This document shows positions 10,740-19,739 of a stretch of DNA of 64,000 nucleotides, in pieces. Positions within the stretch are counted from its first letter, which is position 1; every line of letters begins with the position of its first letter. A model generated the notes under the pieces. That model was given only the letters and a program-made list of their open reading frames with translations, did no database searches and had not been told where the DNA came from. The stretch is from an uncultured Acidobacteriota bacterium. GTDB lineage: Bacteria; Acidobacteriota; Terriglobia; Bryobacterales; UBA6623. The stretch is taken from assembly GCA_963817465.1 (NCBI GenBank), contig CAWFOP010000021.1, positions 18,803-82,802 on the forward strand. The letters run 5' to 3'. A program made the translations under genes and the position numbers.

Positions 10740-11465
10740 TCAGTGCAGCTCGCGCACCCAGATGTTGCGGAACCGCATGGCGGTCTTCTTGACGTCCGGG
10801 TGAATGTGATCTTGCAGCATGATCGGCCCCGGGTCGCATACGCCGCCCGGCAGCCCTCCCGGCGTGGGGCCTTGCATTTGGAAGTGGTCCTGCACCAGCA
10901 CGCCGTTGTGCAGCACGGTCACCGTCCCCGGCGCCTTCACCGCGCCGGCGGCGCACTCGGGGGCGTGGAAGATGATGTCGTAGCTCTGCCACTGCTCCGG
11001 CGGCCGGCTGGCGTTCACCGCCGGCGCTGACTGCTTGTAGATCGCGCCCGCCGAACCGTCGGCGTACGTCGGATTGTTGTACGAGTCCAGCACTTGCAGC
11101 TCGTAGCGCCCTTGGATGTAGACGCCCGAATTGCCGCGCGCCTGGCCCTTGGCGTCCGCCTGCAGCGGCGTGGCGAACTCGACGTGGATCTGAGCCGAGC
11201 CGAACTTGCGCTTCGTCACGATATTGCCGCTTCCGGTGTTGCAGACCATCGCGCCGCTTTCGACGTTCCATTTCGCGGGAGAGCCGTCTTGCTGCGTCCA
11301 TTCGGACAGATTGGCGCCGCCGAAGAGCACGATCGCGTCCGAGGGGGCCTTGCCCGGTCCTCCCGGATCGACGACGGGCGGCTGCGGCAGGTCCGCGGCG
11401 GCCGCGCAGGCGATGCTCAGGGCTGTCAGCAAGAAGATTCGGAATGACGAGGAGGCGGACATCAC
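10740..11465 (-). CDS. DUF1080 (3-keto-disaccharide hydrolase-like) secreted protein
   Basis: Signal peptide. The pattern W...G......G.I.T...F....H.EF...NSG.Y and the C-terminal FRNIWVREL are typical of DUF1080. Confidence 0.7.
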   Translation of the reverse strand: MMSASSSFRIFLLTALSIACAAAADLPQPPVVDPGGPGKAPSDAIVLFGGANLSEWTQQDGSPAKWNVESGAMVCNTGSGNIVTKRKFGSAQIHVEFATPLQADAKGQARGNSGVYIQGRYELQVLDSYNNPTYADGSAGAIYKQSAPAVNASRPPEQWQSYDIIFHAPECAAGAVKAPGTVTVLHNGVLVQDHFQMQGPTPGGLPGGVCDPGPIMLQDHIHPDVKKTAMRFRNIWVRELH

Positions 11466-11535
11466 CTCGCGATATTACCAACTGCGGCCGGCTCCGCCAA
11501 CACGCGGGCGGCGGCCTTTTGATACCTTGGTCGCG

Positions 11536-12762
11536 ATGAAGCCCGCGCTCCTTGTCTTGTCTCTCACGCTGCTCGCCGTCGGCTGCGGCCCGGCTCCGGA
11601 AGCTCCTGAATCCAGAGAGACTTCGGCGTCCCCGGCAAAGACCGAACGGCGCATCCTGCAACCGGAAGCCTTTCCGGCAGGGGCGCCTTACTCGCCCGGC
11701 GTCCTCGCTGACCAGACCTTGTATATCGCGGGCCAAATCGGCGTCGACCTCGAGACCGGCAAGCAGCCCGAGAGCATCGAGGATCAGACCCGCGCCGCGA
11801 TGACCCGCGTCGGCGCCGTGCTCGAATCGGCGGGGCTCACCTTCTCGCACCTGGTGAGCTGTCACGTTCAACTCGCCGACATGGACGACTACCAGGCGAT
11901 GAACGCCGTCTACGCGAGCTTCTACGAGGAAGGGAAGTACCCCGCCCGGACAACGCTCGAGATGCCGTCGCTGGTCGGCGGCGCGGAAATCGAAATCAGT
12001 TGCATCGCCTACGCCGACAGGGCAAACATCAAGGTCGTGCGACCCGATCCGGCCGTCATCCCCGCCGCGATGGGACCCTATTCACCGGCGGTGATGGCGG
12101 GCGACACGCTCTACCTATCGGGGCAGGGCGGGCGAGACCCCAAGACGGGGAACCTCCCCGCAGCCGCCGAGCCGCAAGCCGCCCTCACGCTGCAAACGAT
12201 CAACGAGATCCTCAAGGCCGGCGGGATGACCTATGAAAACGTCGTGACCGCAAACGTCTACTACCCCAACACGGCGGATCTGGCGGAGATTGACAAGCCC
12301 ATGGCCGCCTCCTTCGCCGCCGGCGCGGCGCCCGCGCGCACGGCTGTTCAACTCTCGCGCTTGCCCGGAGACATCCGGGTCGAGATCACCTTCCAAGCCG
12401 CGGCGGATCGCTATTCGATCACCCGCTTGTTCATGCCCGGCGAAGAGCCCGGCTCGCTGACGACGCCGGCGGTTCTGGCGGGCGACACGCTCTACGTCCC
12501 GGCCGTTTCCGCCGCGGACGCCGGCGCCGACTTCGACGCCCAGTTCAACGCGGTCCTGGAAAGAATCCAAGCGCGCCTCTCGCTCGCCGACATGACCCTC
12601 GCCAACGCCGTCAACGCCAATGTCTACCTCAGCGATGTCTCCGATTTCGACGCCATGAATAAGATTTTTCGCGAGCGCTTTCCCCAAAGCCCGCCCGCGC
12701 GGACCACTGTGGGAGTCAGCGGCGACGCGAAGATCGCCGTGGCCGTCATCGCCGTGCGCTGA
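11536..12762 (+). CDS. Lipoprotein with three tandem RidA/YjgF/L-PSP domains
   Basis: Lipobox LLAVGC. Three units, each with a (A/G)PYSP..(A/G)(D)TLY..GQ-like start and an ARTT(V/L) motif near its end. Confidence 0.75.
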   Translation: MKPALLVLSLTLLAVGCGPAPEAPESRETSASPAKTERRILQPEAFPAGAPYSPGVLADQTLYIAGQIGVDLETGKQPESIEDQTRAAMTRVGAVLESAGLTFSHLVSCHVQLADMDDYQAMNAVYASFYEEGKYPARTTLEMPSLVGGAEIEISCIAYADRANIKVVRPDPAVIPAAMGPYSPAVMAGDTLYLSGQGGRDPKTGNLPAAAEPQAALTLQTINEILKAGGMTYENVVTANVYYPNTADLAEIDKPMAASFAAGAAPARTAVQLSRLPGDIRVEITFQAAADRYSITRLFMPGEEPGSLTTPAVLAGDTLYVPAVSAADAGADFDAQFNAVLERIQARLSLADMTLANAVNANVYLSDVSDFDAMNKIFRERFPQSPPARTTVGVSGDAKIAVAVIAVR

Positions 12763-12837
12763 GGCGTTCGGAAGCCGTCGCGGCTGACCTTGCGCGGCTG
12801 TCGTCGCCGGGTCTGCATATGCGCTAATAGATAAAGC

Positions 12838-14271
12838 ATGCTTGGGCGGCTTTGTTTTGGTGCGCTGCTGGCGGTTGGGCTGCTGCCGGGCCACGACATG
12901 GTCCACGAAGCGGCAGCCGGGCCCTACCGCCTCAACGTCTACCTGAACCCGCATGCGCGCCAGTCTAACTTCGTCGAGATTCTCGCCCGCTCGGAGTCCG
13001 CGGGAGTCCTGGAACTGCGATTCGCCCTAACCGGCGTCGACGCGACCGATTTCAAATCGCCGTACTCGAGCGTGACGGTGCGGCCTGTCGCGGGCGATCC
13101 CAACCTTTTCCGCGCTTCGCTGCCCTTGCCGCCGCTGGCCTTTTGGCGGCTGCACGTCGAAGCGCGCGGGCTCGACGGCGAGGGTCGCATGTCGATCCCG
13201 GTTGCGGCGGCCGCGCCCGCCGTTGGGCTCACGCCTGACGCCGCCAACATCGTGAGCGTCCTGTTGTGGGCGACGCTCGCAGCGGCGCTCGTCTTGCTCT
13301 GGCGGCTGTTTCGAGGCCGCGGCAAGCCGGCGACGCGGCTCGCCGTCGCCGCCGCACTCACATCGCCGCTGCTGCTGATGGCCTTGTCTCGAGACTGGGT
13401 CGCCTCGGCGGTCTACTATCCGCCGATCTACCAACGCCTGTATCAGCCCCTCGAATTGCGCTTCGATACGAACCGGGAAGGCGTCCTGAGCCTGGAGTTG
13501 CACGACCCGGGCCTCCTCAAATTTCGCCGCCTCGACGACCTCGTCCTCGACCACGGCCATCCGATGCACCTGTACGCCCTGGCGCTGCCGGGGCTCGACC
13601 GCGTGTATCATCTGCACCCTGAGCAAGTAGGCCCGGGACTGTTCGAGAAAAAGCTGCCGTCAATGCCGGCGGGCCGCTATTTCGTTGTGACCGATATCGT
13701 GCACGAGTCGGGCCTGTGGGAGGCGCCGCGCGGCGAGTGGAATCTCGATTCAGCGATCGACGACAGCCCCTTCCAAGGCGACGACAGCGGCGGCGCGGGT
13801 CACCCTATCTCAGACGCCCGTTACGGCGACGATGCGTTCGACCTTCCCGACGGCTACCGCATGGTGTGGCTGCGCCCCGAACGCCCGCTGCGTTCGAACG
13901 ATCCGCTCCGGCTGCAGTTCAAGCTGGAAACCTCGGCCGGCGAGCCCGCCGCCGACGTCGAGCTCTATATGGGCATGATGGGGCACGCCGCCATTGTTCG
14001 GCACGATCTCGAGGTCTTCTCGCACGTGCATCCCAGCGGCTCGATCGCCATGGCTTCGCTCGACGCCTTCGACCGCGGCTCCGGCATGGGTCAGCACGAA
14101 GGCCATCATATGGCGGCGTTCCCGGCTGCGGTGACCTTTCCGTATGTTTTCCCGGAGCCGGGACGCTACAGGCTGATCGTGCAGACTCAAGCGCGGCGGC
14201 CGGGTCGAGACGGGCTTCTTCGACGCGGAAGTCGGAGGCGCGCAGTAAGCGCCTCGTCGCTGAGCGGATGA
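12838..14271 (+). CDS. Membrane protein with His-rich putative metal-binding beta-sandwich domains (function unknown); 3' end probably frame-disrupted
   Basis: TM segments occur around aa 140-185. Motifs DHGHPMHLYA..YHLHP and MMGHAAIV..FSHVHPSG. The last 30 aa are Arg-rich junk, while the +1 frame reads LKRGGRVETGFFDAEVGGAQ-stop. Confidence 0.55.
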   Translation: MLGRLCFGALLAVGLLPGHDMVHEAAAGPYRLNVYLNPHARQSNFVEILARSESAGVLELRFALTGVDATDFKSPYSSVTVRPVAGDPNLFRASLPLPPLAFWRLHVEARGLDGEGRMSIPVAAAAPAVGLTPDAANIVSVLLWATLAAALVLLWRLFRGRGKPATRLAVAAALTSPLLLMALSRDWVASAVYYPPIYQRLYQPLELRFDTNREGVLSLELHDPGLLKFRRLDDLVLDHGHPMHLYALALPGLDRVYHLHPEQVGPGLFEKKLPSMPAGRYFVVTDIVHESGLWEAPRGEWNLDSAIDDSPFQGDDSGGAGHPISDARYGDDAFDLPDGYRMVWLRPERPLRSNDPLRLQFKLETSAGEPAADVELYMGMMGHAAIVRHDLEVFSHVHPSGSIAMASLDAFDRGSGMGQHEGHHMAAFPAAVTFPYVFPEPGRYRLIVQTQARRPGRDGLLRRGSRRRAVSASSLSG

Positions 14272-14273
14272 TC

Positions 14274-14909
14274 CTAGTCGCTGAGCGGATGAACCGACAC
14301 TTCGCGGAACCACACGGTCGAGCCCTCGTTGTGGTTTTGCAGGCCGATGTAACCGGAGTCGGGCCGCGGTCCGCGCTGCGGCTCGTAGTACTTCGTCCGC
14401 TCGGGAACCGGTTGATCGCCCTGGAACGTGTTGACCGCCTTGCCGTTGACGCTGACCGTCGTCGTCTGGCCCTTGATGGCGATCTCGAGAGTGTTCCAGC
14501 CGTCCTCGGCTGCAGGAAACTCGTCAGCCTTCGAGAGCGAATAGATCGCGCCGGTGCGATGGAACTCGTCGCCTGCATCGTCGATCTGGACTTCGTAACC
14601 CTTGTGCACGGCGTACCACGGGTCTTGCGGCGGCTCGGGCGAGCGAATGAAGACGCCGGAGTTGGAATCCGGCTTCTCGGATTTGTAGACGACGCGCAGC
14701 ACGGCGTCGCCGATCGGCTTGCCGTCATAGACCAGCAAGCCCATGCCGCCCTCGGTCTTGAGCACGCCGTCTTCGACCACAAAATCGCCCGGCCCGACAT
14801 GACGCCAGCCGGTCATGTCCTTGCCGTTGAAGAGCTGTTCGCCGGGGTCTTCGGCCGCTCCGCAACCGGCGAGCAATACCAGAATCGCTGTGAGGATCGA
14901 AAGCTTCAT
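14274..14909 (-). CDS. DUF1080 (3-keto-disaccharide hydrolase-like) lipoprotein
   Basis: Lipobox LLAGCG. FNGKDMTGWRHVG..F.VEDGVL...NSGVFIR...GYIGLQNH...VWFREV. Confidence 0.75.
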   Translation of the reverse strand: MKLSILTAILVLLAGCGAAEDPGEQLFNGKDMTGWRHVGPGDFVVEDGVLKTEGGMGLLVYDGKPIGDAVLRVVYKSEKPDSNSGVFIRSPEPPQDPWYAVHKGYEVQIDDAGDEFHRTGAIYSLSKADEFPAAEDGWNTLEIAIKGQTTTVSVNGKAVNTFQGDQPVPERTKYYEPQRGPRPDSGYIGLQNHNEGSTVWFREVSVHPLSD

Positions 14910-14959
14910 CGCTGCGCACCAGAATAGCCAATCCGCCGGACATATGCTCGAATGAGCAT

Positions 14960-16354
14960 TTGGAGATCACCAAGCTTTCCGCCGTAGAAATCGCCGCGGG
15001 CGTGCGGGACAAGCGCTTCACGGCGGTAGAGGTCGTCACAGCGCATCTGTCGCAAATCGAACGGCTCAACCCCGCTCTCAACGCCATCGTCGACCTGCAA
15101 GCCGAGCGCGCCCTCGAAGCAGGCGCGGCCGTCGACGCCAAGGTCGAGCGAGGCGCAGCCCTCGGCCGCCTGGCCGGCGTGCCGCTGACGATCAAGAGCT
15201 CGATCGATGTCGCCGGCTTGCGCTGCGAGTGCGGCTCGCGCTTTCTCGCCGGACGCAAGGCGCGCGCCAACGCGCCGCTCGTCGACCGCTTGATGGCGGA
15301 GGACGCCGTCATTCTCGGCGTCACCAACACGCCCGATCTGCTGATGGCCTACGAGACGGACAACCATCTCTACGGCCGCACCAGTCATCCGCTCAATCCG
15401 AGCTTCACGGCCGGCGGCTCGAGCGGCGGAGAAGCGGCCGCGATCGCTTCGGGAATGTCCGCCGGCGGTTTCGGCTCCGACGGCGGCGGGTCCGTGCGAG
15501 TCCCGGCGCACTTCTGCGGCCTGTTCGGAATCAAACCGACGCCCGGCGTGATCCCGCGCACGGGCCATTTCCCCGCCTGCGTCGGCCCCGGCGGCTTCAT
15601 GGGCTTGATCGGCCCCATGGCGCGGACCGCCGCCGACCTCGCCTTGCTGTTCGATGTGACCGCCGGGCCCGACCCCGGCGACGCCTTCTCCATTCCAAGG
15701 CTCGCGCCCGCCGCCGCGGAGGCCAAGCTGCGAGACACGCGCATCGGCTATTTCACCGACGACGGCGTCTCCGCGGTCACCGCGGAAACCGCCGCCTCCG
15801 TCGAAACCGCGGCCGAGCGCCTGCGGCGTGACGGCTTCGATGTGCGTCCCATCGAGTGGAACTTCATGGGCGGCGCGATCGACTGCTGGTGGACGCTGTT
15901 CGGCGTCGCCGCGCGCACGCTCATCGAGCCGATGGTGAAAGGGCGGGAAAGCGACATTCATCCGCTTTCGCGTCTCTTGCTCGGAAGCGACGAAGAAGTG
16001 CGCGCGATGAACTATCCGAAATTCCTCGACGCCTGGATCGACCGCGACCGCTACGCCATCAAGCTCGCCGAGCGCATGCAGGAATTCCCCTTACTGCTTT
16101 GTCCGGTCGCCTCGACAGGCGCCTTCGAACACGGCCGCCGCGAGTGGAACATCGCCGGTTCCGTCGTGCGGTACCCGCGGACTTTCTCCTACTCGCAAGT
16201 CTTCAACATGACCGGCAATCCGGCGGCCGCCGTTCCGTTTACGCGCGGCTCCGACGGCATGCCGCTGGGCGTTCAAGTGGTTGGCGGACGATATGAAGAC
16301 GCTCTCGTGCTGGCGTTAGCCAAGCGTTTGGAACAGCCGGAAGCGCTTCTGTAG
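14960..16354 (+). CDS. Amidase (amidase-signature family, GatA-like)
   Basis: GGSSGGEAAAIA signature with the downstream GSDGGGSVRVPA. 464 aa, TTG start. Confidence 0.85.
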   Translation: MEITKLSAVEIAAGVRDKRFTAVEVVTAHLSQIERLNPALNAIVDLQAERALEAGAAVDAKVERGAALGRLAGVPLTIKSSIDVAGLRCECGSRFLAGRKARANAPLVDRLMAEDAVILGVTNTPDLLMAYETDNHLYGRTSHPLNPSFTAGGSSGGEAAAIASGMSAGGFGSDGGGSVRVPAHFCGLFGIKPTPGVIPRTGHFPACVGPGGFMGLIGPMARTAADLALLFDVTAGPDPGDAFSIPRLAPAAAEAKLRDTRIGYFTDDGVSAVTAETAASVETAAERLRRDGFDVRPIEWNFMGGAIDCWWTLFGVAARTLIEPMVKGRESDIHPLSRLLLGSDEEVRAMNYPKFLDAWIDRDRYAIKLAERMQEFPLLLCPVASTGAFEHGRREWNIAGSVVRYPRTFSYSQVFNMTGNPAAAVPFTRGSDGMPLGVQVVGGRYEDALVLALAKRLEQPEALL

Positions 16355-16441
16355 CCGCCGTTGCGCCATCGCGCATAAAGTGTCGCTCGAAGCGTTCCGA
16401 TCACGCGCGGAGGTGGGTTACGATAGGTGCGTAGGAATTCG

Positions 16442-16738
16442 ATGAACGCCGTATCCGGACCGATCCCCATCACCGAACAAGAAAACGAGGAAGGCCTAAG
16501 GGCGCTCGAGCGGCTCGAAACGCAGATCTTGACGATGGTCGACCGCCTGCGCGAAGAGCAGCGCGAGCGCCAAGCCGCCGAGCGTCAAATCAGCGTGTTG
16601 CGCAAGGAGCTGGCCGAAAAGGACGCTCTGCTCGAAGCGGTGCGGAACGGGCGCACCAAGATCGAGTCGTCCCAGAAAGCCGTCAAGGAGCGCATTCTCG
16701 CCTTGATCGAAAAGGTCGAGGCCTTGGAAGCGGAGTAG
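16442..16738 (+). CDS. Small coiled-coil protein upstream of zapA (ZapB-like)
   Basis: Heptad-rich, E/R/L-rich sequence sitting 29 nt upstream of zapA. An alternative GTG start lies at 16427. Confidence 0.5.
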   Translation: MNAVSGPIPITEQENEEGLRALERLETQILTMVDRLREEQRERQAAERQISVLRKELAEKDALLEAVRNGRTKIESSQKAVKERILALIEKVEALEAE

Positions 16739-16766
16739 TCAACTAGAAGCGCCCGACGGGAGCAGC

Positions 16767-17096
16767 ATGCGAACTACACAGGGCACGCCGGTTCATATTT
16801 TCGGCCAAGTCTATCGCCTCAAAAGCGATGAGGACCCGGATCGCGTCAAGCGTCTCGCCGAGCTTGTCGACCGCAAGATGAACACGATCGCCGATCGCGG
16901 CGGTTCGGCTGATAACTACCGCGTCGCCGTGCTGGCCGCTCTGGAGCTGGCCGAGGAGCTTACACGCCAACGGGAGCTAAAGCTCGAAATGCAGCGCCGC
17001 GTCGAATCCACCACGGCCAGCCTCGAAGCCATTCTGAGCGCCGAAGCGGCGGACGACGAGTCAAGCGAGGTCGAGCTTAGCCCCGCCGCCGACTGA
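16767..17096 (+). CDS. zapA: Cell division protein ZapA
   Basis: VHIFGQVYRLKSDEDPDRVKRLAELVDRKM...YRVAVLAALELAEEL matches the ZapA core pattern and is followed by a coiled coil. Confidence 0.75.
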   Translation: MRTTQGTPVHIFGQVYRLKSDEDPDRVKRLAELVDRKMNTIADRGGSADNYRVAVLAALELAEELTRQRELKLEMQRRVESTTASLEAILSAEAADDESSEVELSPAAD

Positions 17097-17113
17097 CCTC
17101 GCGGCGATTCGGC

Positions 17114-18916
17114 ATGACTCCCCAAGGCTGGTTCAGCGTCGCTGTGGTCGCGGCGATCGTCCTCGTCCTGGCCTTCGATCTGGCGGCGGTGGAAGTGGCG
17201 ATGCTCGCCGGCCTCGCCGCTTTGGTGTTGGGCGGCGCCGTCGATCTTACCCCGGCGCTGTCGGGCTTTTCGCATCCGGCAGTGGTGATGATCGCCGCGC
17301 TGTTCGTCGTTGCGTCCGGCCTCACGGAAACAGGCGTCACGCAGCAGCTCGCCCAACGCATGCTGGGCCGGCCCAGCGGCGTCGCCTCCGCGCAGCTCCG
17401 CTTGATGGGCCCGGTGGCGCTGCTCTCGGCTTTCATGAACAATACACCGATCGTGGCGATGTACTTGCCGATCGTGCACGATTGGGCGCGCAAGACGCGC
17501 ATCAGCCCCTCGAAGCTCTACATGCCGCTCAGCTTCGCCGCCATCTTGGGCGGACGGCTCACGTTGATCGGCAGCTCGTCCAACCTGCTGTTGATGGGCT
17601 TGTTCATGGAGTGGAGCAAGACGCAGCCCGGCGTCACGCCGCTCTCGTCCGCCGAGCGCTTTTGGGGACCGGCGTATCTTGGGCTACCCGCCGCCGTCGG
17701 GGGCATCCTCTACGTGGTCGCCGCTTCGCGCTGGTTGCTTCCCGAACGCAAGACCGCGCTGCAAAACGAGCTCGACGCCCGCCGCTACACGGTCGAAATG
17801 GAAGTGCGGCCCGATTCCTCGATCGTCGGCAAGAGCATCGAAGCCGCCGGACTGCGGCGTCTGCCGGGGCTGTATCTGGCGCAAATCGAGCGCGGCGAGC
17901 AATCGATTCCCGCGCCGTCTCCGGACTGGATCATCCGCGCCGGCGACGTGCTTTCGTTCGCCGGAATCCTCGAGTCGGTCGTCGACTTGCGAAGAATCCG
18001 CGGGCTGGTGCCGGCGACCGACCAAGTCTCCAAGATTCGCCTGGGCGACCAAGACCGCGGCCTGGTCGAAGCGGTGGTGTCGCACAACTCGCCGCTGGTC
18101 GGCCGCACGGTCCGCGAGGCTCGCTTTCGCACCACTTACAACGCCGCGATCATCGCGGTCCATCGCAACGGCGAGCAGGTGCGCGCCAAGGTCGGCGACA
18201 TCACGCTGCGCGCCGGCGACACGCTGTTGCTTGAAACGCACCGCGGCTTCGTCAGCGGCTATCGCAATAGCGACGATTTCTACCTCGTTTCCGACGTGCC
18301 GGGCTCGGCGCCGGTGCGCCACGAGCGCGGCCCTGTGGCCGTGTTGATCTTCGTGGCGCTGGTCGCGGCTCTGGCGTTTTCAGAGATCCCGCCGGCCATC
18401 GCCGCTCTGGTCGCCGCGCTGGCCATGGTCGTGACGCGCTGCGTTACAGCCGGCGTCGCTCGCACGAGCGTCAGCGTGCAGGTGTTGGCGGTCATCGCCG
18501 CCGCCATCGGCATCGGCGCAGCGCTCAACCAAACCGGGGCCGCCGCTGCCGGCGCGGACTTTCTGCTGCGCGCCGCTTCGACTTTCGGCTTCGGTCCGCA
18601 GGGCATGCTGTTCCTGGTGGTGATCTTGACCGCCTGCTTTGCGCAGATCCTCAGCAACAACGGCGCCGCGGCGCTCATGTTCCCCATCGCGATGGCGACG
18701 GCGACTGAGCTGGGCGTTCACCCCGAGCCGTTCATCTTCACGCTGATTCTGGGCGCCGGAACGAGCTTCATGACGCCCATCGGCTACCAAACCAATTTGA
18801 TGGTCTACGGCCCCGGCGCCTACAAGTTCGTCGACTTCGTCAAGATGGGAACCCCGCTGACTGTGCTCATCGCGATCTTGGCGGCAATGTTGGCCCCCAT
18901 CGCATTCCCGTTCTAA
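17114..18916 (+). CDS. SLC13/DASS-family permease with two central TrkA-C (RCK_C) domains
   Basis: Two multi-TM halves flank two units of ~80 aa of the type EMEVRPDSSIVGKSIEAAGLR / EAVVSHNSPLVGRTVREARFR. Confidence 0.75.
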   Translation: MTPQGWFSVAVVAAIVLVLAFDLAAVEVAMLAGLAALVLGGAVDLTPALSGFSHPAVVMIAALFVVASGLTETGVTQQLAQRMLGRPSGVASAQLRLMGPVALLSAFMNNTPIVAMYLPIVHDWARKTRISPSKLYMPLSFAAILGGRLTLIGSSSNLLLMGLFMEWSKTQPGVTPLSSAERFWGPAYLGLPAAVGGILYVVAASRWLLPERKTALQNELDARRYTVEMEVRPDSSIVGKSIEAAGLRRLPGLYLAQIERGEQSIPAPSPDWIIRAGDVLSFAGILESVVDLRRIRGLVPATDQVSKIRLGDQDRGLVEAVVSHNSPLVGRTVREARFRTTYNAAIIAVHRNGEQVRAKVGDITLRAGDTLLLETHRGFVSGYRNSDDFYLVSDVPGSAPVRHERGPVAVLIFVALVAALAFSEIPPAIAALVAALAMVVTRCVTAGVARTSVSVQVLAVIAAAIGIGAALNQTGAAAAGADFLLRAASTFGFGPQGMLFLVVILTACFAQILSNNGAAALMFPIAMATATELGVHPEPFIFTLILGAGTSFMTPIGYQTNLMVYGPGAYKFVDFVKMGTPLTVLIAILAAMLAPIAFPF

Positions 18917-18924
18917 GGAGGTGA

Positions 18925-18951
18925 ACGGCAAGCGCGGAAGACGCTTGCCGT
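18925..18951. terminator. Hairpin between convergent genes
   Basis: Perfect 10-bp stem ACGGCAAGCG / CGCTTGCCGT with a 7-nt loop. There is no clear U-tract. Confidence 0.45.
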
Positions 18952-18973
18952 CCGCCTGACAGGACGAAATTGC

Positions 18974-19588
18974 TTAGGGGACATTCACCGGCACGACGCC
19001 GAGACGGCCGGCGATGCGGTCCAGCGTCGCCTTCATGGCGTTGACCTTCGAATCGAGGGACGATATTTGATTGCTCGATGACACGATAGCCGACAGGGTC
19101 GTCAGCTGCAGTTGCCCGCGAATGAACCCGCCCGGCGCCGTTGTGGCGTGCGCGTTCACGTAATAGTTCCAAGGATTGTCGAGGATGTCTTGAACGACCG
19201 CGAGCATCGCTGAATCCGTCACCATCGCTTGGTAGAACAGGACGCCCTCGCCGTCGCCTTGGATCGGGCCGGCTAGCCCGGAGTTGATGACCACCGGACC
19301 GTTGACGCCCGCCGCGCCCCGGTGAATGTGCATCGCCGTGATCATTTCAGGCGCGCCGACGAAATATTGAATATTGAAGTCCACAACCGCGCTGGTGAGA
19401 GCTCCGCTCTCCCCGCGCGTCGCCTTGATCGAGATCAAGGCGCTTCCGAACGCTTGCTTGTCGACCGCCGGATTTTCGTTGCTGGCGCTCATCGCCGCAG
19501 TCAATTGCGTGACGCTGGTGGTCTGTGCCGAGACGGCGAGAGGGATCGCAGCGATCGCGGCTGCGAGCACGAATCTATGGAGTGACAT
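18974..19588 (-). CDS. Secreted CHRD-domain protein with a C-terminal coiled-coil tail
   Basis: Signal peptide. L.....E.P........G........AMHIHRGAAGVNGPVV...YVNAHT...PGG.IRGQL is the CHRD pattern. Confidence 0.65.
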   Translation of the reverse strand: MSLHRFVLAAAIAAIPLAVSAQTTSVTQLTAAMSASNENPAVDKQAFGSALISIKATRGESGALTSAVVDFNIQYFVGAPEMITAMHIHRGAAGVNGPVVINSGLAGPIQGDGEGVLFYQAMVTDSAMLAVVQDILDNPWNYYVNAHATTAPGGFIRGQLQLTTLSAIVSSSNQISSLDSKVNAMKATLDRIAGRLGVVPVNVP

Positions 19589-19695
19589 GTCGAAATACCT
19601 CCTGGTAGTTGCGCGAGACCTTCAATGGGTCGCGGTGATCGTGAAATTACGCCTTCCGCTACCCAAGCATCAAGAATGTTAACGCTTAAATGAAT

Positions 19696-19715
19696 CACCT
19701 GTTCAGTAACAGGTG
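19696..19715 (-). terminator. Hairpin downstream of the efflux operon (tolC-like stop)
   Basis: CACCTGTT-cagt-AACAGGTG in a locally AT-rich stretch. On the minus strand it is followed by ATTCATTTAAGCGTT. Confidence 0.45.
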
Positions 19716-19739
19716 TAACAATCCGTTCCGGGAGAAAAC

